In this document: positions 48,195 to 56,337 of the stretch, in pieces
How the letters are laid out: every line of letters starts with the position of its first letter
Position numbering within the stretch: the stretch's first letter is position 1
From: Marispirochaeta sp.
GTDB lineage: Bacteria; Spirochaetota; Spirochaetia; JC444; Marispirochaetaceae
Assembly (NCBI GenBank): GCA_963676835.2
Contig: CAXXFF010000002.1
Location: forward strand, 1,024,001 to 1,088,000
Length of the DNA: 64,000 nt
Reading direction: 5' to 3'
Notes under the pieces: model-generated
Databases searched by the model: none
What the model was told of the DNA's origin: nothing
Seen by the model: the letters and a program-made list of their open reading frames with translations, nothing else
Translations under genes and position numbers: made by a program

Positions 48195-48318
48195 TTGTTG
48201 TGTCCCGTGCGGAAAGGTGATCTGTCTATTAGTGTTCAATCTTTAAGGCTCGTTGCGGACCTCTGTTCGGGATGAACTTCGAAGGTTAAAGTCGGCCGCG
48301 CCGTGCCGGATAATCGGG

Positions 48319-48414
48319 CTAATCGCGCCGTGCTCATTCAGGAGGTTCAAGTACTCTTTATCTACCAATAAAAAAAGGCCACTCTCTATTCGAAAGTAGC
48401 CTTTTCCCATTGCC
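48319..48414 (-). repeat. tRNA-linked repeat, copy C (partial)
   Basis: Closely similar to 50170-50265, including the terminator hairpin, GGAGGTTCAAGTACTCTT and a TTGCC remnant of the tRNA end. Confidence 0.85.
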
Positions 48415-48480
48415 ATGCACATGCTCTAACGTAATTTCCTGCGGAAATCACTGCCGCATGTTTCGGTTTGCGAATCCGCT
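48411..48480. repeat. Cassette-boundary repeat R1
   Basis: Core AATTTCCTGCGGAAATCACTGCCGCAT at 48433-48459. Confidence 0.8.
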
Positions 48481-48746
48481 TAATAGCGGCGGCTGTTTCC
48501 CCGACTTTCTGCTTCGTTGACACGTAAATTACGGCCACCAAGATCTGTTCCATTAAGGGCGGAAATAGCAGCAGAAGCAGCGTTGTCGTCTGCCATTTCA
48601 ACAAATCCAAACCCTTTTGATCGCTGTGTGTCCCGATCTGTGATAATGCGGGCAGAGGTTACTTCACCGTACTGTGCAAAAAGCTCGCTCAGTTCGGTCT
48701 CTGTGGTATTCCAACTCATGTTACCAACATAAATGTTCTTAGACAT
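48480..48746 (-). CDS. RRM RNA-binding protein
   Basis: RNP2 IYVGNM, RNP1 KGFGFVEM, LRVNEA. Confidence 0.95.
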   Translation of the reverse strand: MSKNIYVGNMSWNTTETELSELFAQYGEVTSARIITDRDTQRSKGFGFVEMADDNAASAAISALNGTDLGGRNLRVNEAESRGNSRRY

Positions 48747-48901
48747 AATAGTCTCCTGTTCCGGAATTCTCCGGCAAATTTGATTTTACGGAATGAATAT
48801 TGAATATTTGAAACGGAAATTGAAGATGGGAAACAATAGATTTGGTTACTAAAAAATCAATATTTCGGTTCTGCATACAAAAATATCAGACTGTAGATTT
48901 T

Positions 48902-48930
48902 ACTATATGTGGTTTCCCGGGAAGTGTCAA
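48902..48930 (-). promoter_or_regulatory. sigma70 promoter of the RRM gene
   Basis: TTGACA-17-TATAGT on the minus strand; implies a leader of about 150 nt. Confidence 0.7.
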
Positions 48931-48964
48931 TAAAGGGTATTTAGCCCTTGCATTGGCATTTTCC

Positions 48965-49031
48965 TGACCTGCCCATGCTGTCGGAATTTCCTGTGCAAAT
49001 CACTGCTGCATAATTGGGTAGGCGAATCGCT
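48965..49031. repeat. Cassette-boundary repeat R2
   Basis: Core at 48985-49011, 24/27 identical to R1, with similarity extending on both sides. Confidence 0.8.
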
Positions 49032-49068
49032 TGCCCTACGCAGGTCAAGTAATTTTAATATTACGTAT

Positions 49069-49338
49069 CTACACTGCAACATCGTGGAAATTCATTCCCA
49101 AGGCAGCCATCGCTTTGAAATAGGTGTCGATATTGCAGTTCTCTCCATTCTCGATTTTACTTACCTGTTGCTGGGTAAGATGAGCCAGACGGGCGATTAC
49201 TCCTTGTGATAACCCTTCTTCCTCGCGTTTTCGAGCAATTGCTACAGCCAAATCCACTCTTAGTTTTTCAGCTTGAACACGGCTGTCAAAACCGGGATCG
49301 TTTTTACGGAGTGAATCCTTGAAATCGTTGTATTTCAT
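49069..49338 (-). CDS. XRE-family HTH antitoxin
   Basis: REEEGLSQ..IA..AHLTQQQVSKIENG; ATGA overlap with toxin. Confidence 0.87.
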   Translation of the reverse strand: MKYNDFKDSLRKNDPGFDSRVQAEKLRVDLAVAIARKREEEGLSQGVIARLAHLTQQQVSKIENGENCNIDTYFKAMAALGMNFHDVAV

Positions 49339-49691
49339 TCTGTCTTCCTTCTTAAGTAAGCAGTTCTAATATCATCCGCTTTCTTAATCTCTTTCTCAGG
49401 AACCTTGGAAACATTCTTATAAAATGGGTGGGTAAGCACTATTCGATTCTGAAAGACAAAAAAGTACAGAATTCGAACCTGATTATGAGCAACCTTAATC
49501 CTGAGCTCATGAATCCCATCCCGCAAAATATCAGCATATGGACGTGGGAGGAGAGGTCCCATCTCCTGCAGTTTATCAATCCAGGCAATTATCTTATCCC
49601 TGTGGGATTCTTTCTGCTTTAGTATCCACCTTTCTAATTCGCAGAAACCATCCTCGTTTGAATAGAACTCAATATCCCACTTTAGTTTCAT
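49335..49691 (-). CDS. RelE/ParE (Gp49-like) toxin
   Basis: IEFY, GP.LPRPYAD.L.DGIHELR, RILYFF, LTH.F.K; TACATC-N6-GATGTA dyad upstream. Confidence 0.88.
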   Translation of the reverse strand: MKLKWDIEFYSNEDGFCELERWILKQKESHRDKIIAWIDKLQEMGPLLPRPYADILRDGIHELRIKVAHNQVRILYFFVFQNRIVLTHPFYKNVSKVPEKEIKKADDIRTAYLRRKTE

Positions 49692-49864
49692 GAATACAAA
49701 TCTACATCTAAAATGATGTAAATGCAAGTGTGAGGATTGGGGCTTACGGTTTGAAGTACTTAGTGCATGTGCAGGTAGGATATGGGGTTGATGCAACTTC
49801 CATGAGGACAGTATCTATATGCCATAGCTTTAGGTCTTCATGGAAATTTTCGGTGTGTGTTTTC

Positions 49865-49913
49865 GTTATTTACTGCGTAAATCACTGCCGCAAGTTTGGG
49901 CTGCGATATCGCT
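49865..49913. repeat. Cassette-boundary repeat R3
   Basis: Core at 49867-49893, 23/27 identical to R1 with a compensatory stem change. Confidence 0.78.
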
Positions 49914-49928
49914 TTGCGAATCGCTGTG

Positions 49929-50083
49929 CCCGCCCTTCATTCGCTGGCGTCCGGCATCCCTGCCGGACTTCCGGTGCTAATCGCACCGCGCTCATTCCGG
50001 AGGTTTAAGTTCTCTTTATCTGCCCAAAAAATAAGGCCACTCTCTGACGAGAGCAGCCTAATTTCTTTGCCCAGAAGAGGACT
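49929..50083 (-). repeat. tRNA-linked repeat, copy B, including a 17-bp duplicate of the tRNA 3' end
   Basis: TTGCCCAGAAGAGGACT at 50067-50083 equals 50261-50277; 194-bp period with copy A. Confidence 0.9.
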
Positions 50084-50122
50084 GAAGTCTCTGGTCATCG
50101 GCATCGTGCCGATTCCCGCCGA

Positions 50123-50261
50123 CCCGTCCCTCATTCACTGGCGCTCGGCGTCCTGCCTCGCTTCCGCACCTAATCGGTGCGCGTTCATTCAGGGGTTCAA
50201 GTTCTCTTTTTCTTGCCAATAAAAAAAGGCCACTCTCTATTCGAGAGTAGCCTTTTTCTAT
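50123..50261 (-). repeat. tRNA-linked repeat, copy A
   Basis: Aligns with 49929-50067; contains a terminator and several hairpins. Confidence 0.9.
50221..50257 (-). terminator. Intrinsic terminator of tRNA-Leu
   Basis: Minus strand AAAAAGGCTACTCTC-GAATA-GAGAGTGGCC-TTTTTTT. Confidence 0.85.
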
Positions 50262-50345
50262 TGCCCAGAAGAGGACTTGAACCTCCACCCGGAAACCCGG
50301 ACTAGAACCTGAATCTAGCGCGTCTACCAATTCCGCCACCTGGGC
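50262..50345 (-). tRNA. tRNA-Leu(CAG), CCA not encoded
   Basis: GCCCAGGTGGCGGAATTGGTAGACGCG-CTAGA-TTCAGGT-TCTAG, long variable arm, GGAGGTTCAAGTCCTCT-TCTGGGC-A. Confidence 0.97.
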
Positions 50346-50360
50346 TTAAAGCGTGGACGC

Positions 50361-50389
50361 ATAGTATGCAAAATGATGGCTTTTGTCAA
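50361..50389 (-). promoter_or_regulatory. tRNA promoter with GC-rich discriminator
   Basis: TTGACA-17-TACTAT then GCGTCCAC. Confidence 0.8.
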
Positions 50390-50604
50390 TATAATGTGAC
50401 GCTCATATATAAATACAGTTTTGCATGAAAAAACTTGGCTTGGCATCTTAAAAACATAGTGATGGAAATACGACTCATGTCTGCTTTTCTCCCGAAATGG
50501 AATCGCCAATTCCAAAAACGCAGAGAATAGTGATCTTTGGGAAATAACATGCCATGATGCGATGATGTCTTGATGTAGCGCAATTTACGTAATATCTTTA
50601 TTTT

Positions 50605-50835
50605 ATGCGGACCACGATAAATATAGACGATGATATTTATAAAATTGCTCAAAGTCTTGCGGCGGAAAAAGGTATTTCCATGGGGGCTGCAATCTCTCTG
50701 CTTGCGCGGGACGGGTTAAACATGTCGCGGGATGTTACCTATACCAAGGAGTCAGGCCTCCCGGTTTTTCAGGTTGCAGAAAACGCGGAAATAATAACAT
50801 CGGAAGATATTGCCGCAGCTGAGGATGAAGAGTGA
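50605..50835 (+). CDS. VapB-type antitoxin
   Basis: MRTTINIDDD, SMGAAIS.LAR.GL, GLPVF, ITSEDI. Confidence 0.88.
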   Translation: MRTTINIDDDIYKIAQSLAAEKGISMGAAISLLARDGLNMSRDVTYTKESGLPVFQVAENAEIITSEDIAAAEDEE

Positions 50836-51281
50836 TATTTTTTCCGGATGTCAATGTTCTCATAGCTCTGGCCTGGCCGAACCATTTACATCACAGTGAC
50901 GCCCACCGGTGGTTCAGCGATACCATAAATGGTACTGAAAACAGCTGGGCAACCTCACCTCTCACTCAGACAGCGTTTATACGTATATCTTCAAATCCAC
51001 GAATAATTCATGATGCGGTTCCGGTAAGGGAGGCACAGACAATTCTGGATGCATATATCCAGCATCCTGCACATGTTTTCTGGGCCGATACCCTGGATGC
51101 TTCAGTATTGGCAAAACTCCCGCCTTCAATGCTGCAGGGCCACCGTCAGGTGACAGATGCCTATTTGCTGAGTCTTGCATTTCAAAACAGTGGAGTTCTG
51201 GTGACTTTCGACAAGGCTATAGTAAATCAGGCAGTTGGAACAAAATATACTTCATCGGTTCAGCTGCTGCAGAACTCCTAA
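50832..51281 (+). CDS. VapC PIN-domain toxin
   Basis: DVNVLIAL, H.HH, VTDAYLL.LA, LVTFD; GTGA overlap. Confidence 0.9.
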   Translation: MIFFPDVNVLIALAWPNHLHHSDAHRWFSDTINGTENSWATSPLTQTAFIRISSNPRIIHDAVPVREAQTILDAYIQHPAHVFWADTLDASVLAKLPPSMLQGHRQVTDAYLLSLAFQNSGVLVTFDKAIVNQAVGTKYTSSVQLLQNS

Positions 51282-51362
51282 GTAAGGTTGTGGCTTTCCC
51301 TGCTCCGAAACTACCGTCTTTGATGACGCAACAGTACGGTATGAACGGATTCGACTGTCTTC

Positions 51363-52904
51363 CTATGTCACCGGCGCCGGATTAAAAATCGCCAGATCGT
51401 TCTTCAGGCCGAACTTCTCCGCCGCAGTAACCTTTCGTCCGCTGGCGGTATCCAGAAGCAGGTTGAAAAGCTCCCAGCCTATCTCTTCAATGGTGGCCTC
51501 GCCTAAAACAATGCTGCTGGAATCAAGATCAATCAAATCAAACCAGCGGTGGGAAAGGTCCCTTCTCGAAGAGACTTTCAGAACCGGTGCTGCCGGCAGG
51601 CTGTACGGGGTTCCCCGTCCGGTGGTGAATATCTGTATACTTATGCCCGAGGCAAGCTGACAGGTTCCGCAGAAAAAGTCGCTTGCAGGGGTTGCTGCAA
51701 AAACGAGACCCTTCTTTTTGATCAGTTCTCCCGGCCCGATAACATCATCGATATTCATTGAGCCCGATTTGATAACCGATCCCATGGCTTTTTCAACAAT
51801 ATTTACCAGTCCGCCGGTTTTGTTTCCCGGGGTGGTGTTGGCGCTGCGGTCCACTCCGCCTGTATGAAGGTAATTATCATACCAGTCGAGTTCGCTGATA
51901 AGCTTGTCAAAGGTCGCTTTTTCTTTGCACCGGGAGGCCAGCACCGGAGCTGCGTCCCGAACTTCCGATACTTCGCTGAATACTGCCGTAGCTCCGGCCC
52001 GTACCAGCAGGTCTACAACAAATCCGACTGCGGCATTTGCGCTGACTCCGGAGAATGCATCGCTTCCACCGCATTGTACTCCCAGTCTCAGGTCGGAGAG
52101 GGGGCACTCAACCCGTTTTCTTTTATTGAGTTTTTCCAGATGTTTTATGCCCAGTTTCACAGCGGCATCCACCATGTCCATGTAGCCCTTCAGGGATTCA
52201 TCCTGGAGTATCATGGTAGAGAGAGAGTCTCTCGGGGTTCCCGCTTTCTCTACATGAAAGGCTTCGAGATTCTTCATCTCAAGCTTTTCACAGCCAAGGC
52301 CTATCATCATAACCTCGCCCCCCAGATTGGGATTAACAGAGAGGTTTTCCACCTGGCGGATGGGGATAAACGCTGCCGGGGCGTTTATGGCAACACCGCA
52401 GCCGTAGATGTGATTCAGGCCGACGATATCATCTACATTGGGAAAGCGGCTTAGGTGCTCTTCCTTTAAAATACGGACTACATGGTTAACAATACCGGAA
52501 ACACACTGCACACTGGTGGTTATTCCCAGGATATTACGGGTGCCCACGGTACCGTCCGCATTGCGGTAACCCATGAAGGTGTAGCCTTTTAGGGGTTTGC
52601 AGGGTACCGGCGGAGGCTGTTTCCATACCAGGTCTTTCAGTGCCGGAGAAGGGGGCATTTCTACAATCTTTTCCTGAACCCAGCGGCCGGCTTCGATGGA
52701 TTCCAATGCGGTTCCAATGGCAACCCCGTAGCGGATAATTCTTTCCCCCTTCGCAATAAAGCGGAGTGAGATTTTGTGTCCCTGGGGAACATCCTCTATG
52801 AGGGTTACTCCCTCTTTTTCCAGTTTTTCACCGGCTTTCATTCCGGTACTGCCGACGGCTATGGCAACATTGTCACCGTCATTGATTTTTATAGCCTGTA
52901 TCAT
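51363..52904 (-). CDS. garD: Galactarate dehydratase
   Basis: SAF domain, GYRNADGTVGTRN, HIYGCG, QCGGSDAFSG, ANTTPGNK.GG, FNPAPVT. Confidence 0.93.
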   Translation of the reverse strand: MIQAIKINDGDNVAIAVGSTGMKAGEKLEKEGVTLIEDVPQGHKISLRFIAKGERIIRYGVAIGTALESIEAGRWVQEKIVEMPPSPALKDLVWKQPPPVPCKPLKGYTFMGYRNADGTVGTRNILGITTSVQCVSGIVNHVVRILKEEHLSRFPNVDDIVGLNHIYGCGVAINAPAAFIPIRQVENLSVNPNLGGEVMMIGLGCEKLEMKNLEAFHVEKAGTPRDSLSTMILQDESLKGYMDMVDAAVKLGIKHLEKLNKRKRVECPLSDLRLGVQCGGSDAFSGVSANAAVGFVVDLLVRAGATAVFSEVSEVRDAAPVLASRCKEKATFDKLISELDWYDNYLHTGGVDRSANTTPGNKTGGLVNIVEKAMGSVIKSGSMNIDDVIGPGELIKKKGLVFAATPASDFFCGTCQLASGISIQIFTTGRGTPYSLPAAPVLKVSSRRDLSHRWFDLIDLDSSSIVLGEATIEEIGWELFNLLLDTASGRKVTAAEKFGLKNDLAIFNPAPVT

Positions 52905-52981
52905 GCTGATTACCCTCGATGTTTGACTTAACAGTATAGGCTTTTATGAAAATTACGTAGAGAAACTGACTTTTCTGAATA

Positions 52982-53016
52982 ATTCAACAGGGACCGATTT
53001 TCAGCCCCTGTTGAAT
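52982..53016 (-). terminator. Intergenic hairpin between gudD and garD
   Basis: ATTCAACAGGG...CCCTGTTGAAT, 11-bp arms. Confidence 0.55.
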
Positions 53017-53023
53017 ATTAATC

Positions 53024-54355
53024 TTAGCGTACCAGACAGGGCTTCTTGTTGTCAAAGGTCCAGCCGGGTATCAGAAACTGCATTCCGATGGAGTCGTCCC
53101 GGGCACCGAGACCTTCCTTCATATACAGTTCATTGGCTATTTTTACCTGCTCCATATCGATGTCGATACCAAGACCGGGTTTGTCCGGGATGGCAATGTG
53201 GCCGTCTTCCATCTTCATCGGTTCTTTGGTAAGTCGGTCCATACCTTCCTGCCAGATCCAGTGGGTGTCGATTGCGGTTACCCTGCCGGGAACTGCCGCC
53301 GCCACCTGGGTAAACATTGCCAGAGAGATATCGAAGTGGTTATTGGAGTGGGATCCCCAGGTGAGCCCGAAGGAGTCACACATCTGTCCTACCCGCACAG
53401 AACCTGCCATGGTCCAGAAGTGGGGGTCTGCCAGGGGAATATCCACACTGTTCAGTGCCACCGAGTGCTGCATCTGCTGCCAGTCAGTGGCGATCATATT
53501 TGTAGCGGTGGGAAGCCAGGTGGCTTTACGGAACTCCGCAAGGGTTTCCCGTCCGGAGAGGGTTCCCTCCGCACCGCAGGGGTCTTCACAGTAGCTCAAG
53601 ATACCGTGCATATCCTTACAGAGTTCAATTGCCTCTTTCAGATACCAGGCGCCGTTGGGATCAAGGGTAATACGGGCATCGGGAAAGCGCTTTTTCAGAG
53701 CCTTGATGGCTTTGATCTCTTCTTTTCCCTCAAGTACTCCGCCCTTCAGCTTGAAGTCTTTGAAGCCGTACATCTCGCTGGATGCTTCGGCAAGATGTAC
53801 AACCGCGTCGGGGGTCAGAGCCTCTTCCCGGCGGATGCGGTACCATTCATTGCTCGAATCTTTTTCCCGTACATAAGGGAGGTCTGTTTTGTCGGGGTTT
53901 CCGATGTAAAAAAGGTAACCTAAAATCTTGACCCTGTCCCGCTGCATACCGTCTCCCAGCAGGGAGGCCACCGGTACGCCCAGGTATTTGCCTAAAAGAT
54001 CAAGAAAACATGATTCAATGGCGGTAACCACGTGGATGGTTGTGCGGAGGTCAAAAGTCTGCAGCCCCCGTCCTTCGGAATCCCGGTCACTGAAAGATTG
54101 ATGTACCCGGTTGAGCACATTCTTGTAATCACCCAGGCTTGATCCTATAACCAGTTTGCTGGCATCTTCCAGAGTTTTCCGGATGCTTTCCCCTCCGGGA
54201 ACCTCTCCAATTCCGGTTTCGCCCTTATCGGTGGTGAGAATAACTATGTTTCTGGTAAAGTAGGGCCCGTGGGCCCCACTTAAATTTAGAAGCATACTGT
54301 CTCGTCCCGCTACAGGGTAAACCTTCATGTCCGCTATAACAGGCGTTACACTCAT
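53024..54355 (-). CDS. gudD: Glucarate dehydratase
   Basis: [45 protein letters not shown]. Confidence 0.95.
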   Translation of the reverse strand: MSVTPVIADMKVYPVAGRDSMLLNLSGAHGPYFTRNIVILTTDKGETGIGEVPGGESIRKTLEDASKLVIGSSLGDYKNVLNRVHQSFSDRDSEGRGLQTFDLRTTIHVVTAIESCFLDLLGKYLGVPVASLLGDGMQRDRVKILGYLFYIGNPDKTDLPYVREKDSSNEWYRIRREEALTPDAVVHLAEASSEMYGFKDFKLKGGVLEGKEEIKAIKALKKRFPDARITLDPNGAWYLKEAIELCKDMHGILSYCEDPCGAEGTLSGRETLAEFRKATWLPTATNMIATDWQQMQHSVALNSVDIPLADPHFWTMAGSVRVGQMCDSFGLTWGSHSNNHFDISLAMFTQVAAAVPGRVTAIDTHWIWQEGMDRLTKEPMKMEDGHIAIPDKPGLGIDIDMEQVKIANELYMKEGLGARDDSIGMQFLIPGWTFDNKKPCLVR

Positions 54356-54379
54356 AATTGTATCCTTCTGATGTACTGA

Positions 54380-55270
54380 TTACGCCTTGCGGGTAACTTC
54401 AGTGTTGGCAAGCTTTTCGTAGAATTTAACGATGCTTGAGTGATCCTCAACACCGCATCCGTCCTGCTTGATAGCCTGCATAATTTCCATGGAAAGTGCT
54501 GCCAGGGGCAGTGAACAGCCAACGGCCTTGGAAGTTTCCAGCGCGTTGTTCATGTCTTTAATGTGGAGATCAATCCGGAAACCGGGTTTGAAGTTTCTGT
54601 CCATCATCATGGGTGCCTTTGCATCCATTACAGTACTTCCGGCAAGACCGCCGCGGATTGCTTCGTATACAAGCTCGGGATCAACTTCTGCTTTCTTGGC
54701 AAGAACCATAGCTTCAGAAACTGCTGCAATATTAAGAGCTACAACAATCTGGTTACACAGCTTGGTGGTGTTACCGGCACCTAATTTTCCCACATATACA
54801 ACAGAACCGGCCATGGGCTCGAGGATCTCTTTGTACTTGTCAAAAATGTCTTTCTTTCCGCCAACCATTACTGCGATGGTTCCGTCGATAGCCTTGGGCT
54901 CTCCACCGGATACAGGAGCATCAAGCATTTCCATGCCTTTCTCAGCCAGGGCTTTTCCGATTTCCTGGGAAGCCTGGGGTGCAATGGAGCTCATGTCGAT
55001 AAGAACCTTTCCGGGAGCAGCAGACTCGATCAGTCCGTTCTCTCCAAGGGCAACAGCTTTTACGTGGGGAGAGTTGGGGAGCATGGTGATGATAACATCA
55101 GTTTTTGATGCTACTTCAGCGGGGCTTGCAGCAGATTCCGCACCTGCAGCTTCCAGTTCGGCAACGGCATCCTTGTTGATGTCTGCCACGAGTACTTCAT
55201 ATCCTGCTTTAAGCAGGTTTTTGGCCATGGGGCGGCCCATAATTCCGAGTCCGACAAATCCTAATTTCAT
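54380..55270 (-). CDS. garR: 2-hydroxy-3-oxopropionate (tartronate semialdehyde) reductase
   Basis: GLGIMG.PM, TMLPNSPHVK, DAPVSGGEPKA, FKPGFRIDLHIKD. Confidence 0.94.
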   Translation of the reverse strand: MKLGFVGLGIMGRPMAKNLLKAGYEVLVADINKDAVAELEAAGAESAASPAEVASKTDVIITMLPNSPHVKAVALGENGLIESAAPGKVLIDMSSIAPQASQEIGKALAEKGMEMLDAPVSGGEPKAIDGTIAVMVGGKKDIFDKYKEILEPMAGSVVYVGKLGAGNTTKLCNQIVVALNIAAVSEAMVLAKKAEVDPELVYEAIRGGLAGSTVMDAKAPMMMDRNFKPGFRIDLHIKDMNNALETSKAVGCSLPLAALSMEIMQAIKQDGCGVEDHSSIVKFYEKLANTEVTRKA

Positions 55271-55323
55271 CTTCTTTCCTCTCTCAATAAGTAAATAAGT
55301 TTATATTTTCATCAGCCTGCTGA

Positions 55324-56220
55324 TTAAAGCATGCCGATCTGCACAAGAATTTTCTCCGCTTTCTTTACGGTTTCGTCACTGACGTATTTAACCGGGCGGA
55401 TGGGGTTGCCTGCTTTAACCCCGAGGATGTTCAGCATAACCTTCATCATTACCGGGAAAGTTCCCAGTCCGTAGGCATCACGCAGGGGCATCAGCCGCTT
55501 CTGGGCATCAAGAGCACCGAGGTGGTCGCCTTTCACATAGTTTTCGTAGATATCAACAACCAGACGGGGCGCTACGTTTGCGGTTCCTGCAACACTACCG
55601 GCTCCGCCGTGACAAAGGGTCGCATAGATGTAGTAGTCGATTCCGCCGAATACTGCGAACTCAGGTCTGTTGGCCGCGGCCTCGATGTATTTAATGGTGA
55701 GGCTGAAGTCCATTGAGGTGTTTTTAATTCCCAGGAAGTTGTCAATTGCCAGAAGTCTTTTCAGAAGACTTGGGGTAATGGTGTTGTTGGTTTTTCCGGG
55801 GTTGTTGTAAAGCATTACCGGAAGCTTGCAGTTATCGGTAATGGCCTTGAAGTGGTCGAAAAGTTCATCCTCAGTAGGGGTAATGAACATGGGAGTAAGT
55901 ACAGAAAGTGCATCGGCTCCTACCTCTTCGGCCATCTTTGCCAGGGCAATGGATTCCTTGGTGGTAATTGCGGAAGCTCCGGCGTATACGGGAATTTTTC
56001 CGCCTACGTGGTCAACGGTAACTTCAACCGCTTTTTTCTGATTGGCAAAGTCCAGTCCGTAGAACTCACCGTTACTTCCGTTTACGAAAACACCGTGAAC
56101 TCCACCGTCCATGACATGCTGGATAACCTGTTTCAGGCCTTCAGCATCAACATTTTCGTTTGCATCGACAGGGGTAATAATCGGGGGCACAATCCCGTGG
56201 AAAGAGATCTCTTTACTCAT
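55324..56220 (-). CDS. DapA/NAL-family class I aldolase
   Basis: ITP, GSNGEF, LYNNP, GIKNT, GTANVAP. Confidence 0.9.
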   Translation of the reverse strand: MSKEISFHGIVPPIITPVDANENVDAEGLKQVIQHVMDGGVHGVFVNGSNGEFYGLDFANQKKAVEVTVDHVGGKIPVYAGASAITTKESIALAKMAEEVGADALSVLTPMFITPTEDELFDHFKAITDNCKLPVMLYNNPGKTNNTITPSLLKRLLAIDNFLGIKNTSMDFSLTIKYIEAAANRPEFAVFGGIDYYIYATLCHGGAGSVAGTANVAPRLVVDIYENYVKGDHLGALDAQKRLMPLRDAYGLGTFPVMMKVMLNILGVKAGNPIRPVKYVSDETVKKAEKILVQIGML

Positions 56221-56320
56221 AAATAGCTCCTTTCAGCTGACAGCTGTAGATATGAGACTAAATATGGTGATATAGCATGAAAAAAGCTATGTGTAAGAGG
56301 TATGAAAGGAATGCTGAATA

Positions 56321-56337
56321 TTATGCAGTTTGCACAA
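56321..56337. promoter_or_regulatory. Probable CdaR operator
   Basis: Dyad TTATGCA-GTT-TGCACAA, 100 nt upstream of the first catabolic gene. Confidence 0.6.

Noticed and set aside
48411..49913. Canonical integron attC array or CRISPR array
   Set aside because: No proper RYYYAAC/GTTRRRY pairs, no intI or cas genes, and spacing is hundreds of bp and irregular
50058..50339. 93-aa ORF and neighbouring short ORFs at 49730-50515
   Set aside because: They read through the tRNA and structured repeats
47380..50345. Prophage or ICE integrated at tRNA-Leu
   Set aside because: No integrase, phage or conjugation genes, and the tRNA-end duplicate is only 194 bp away
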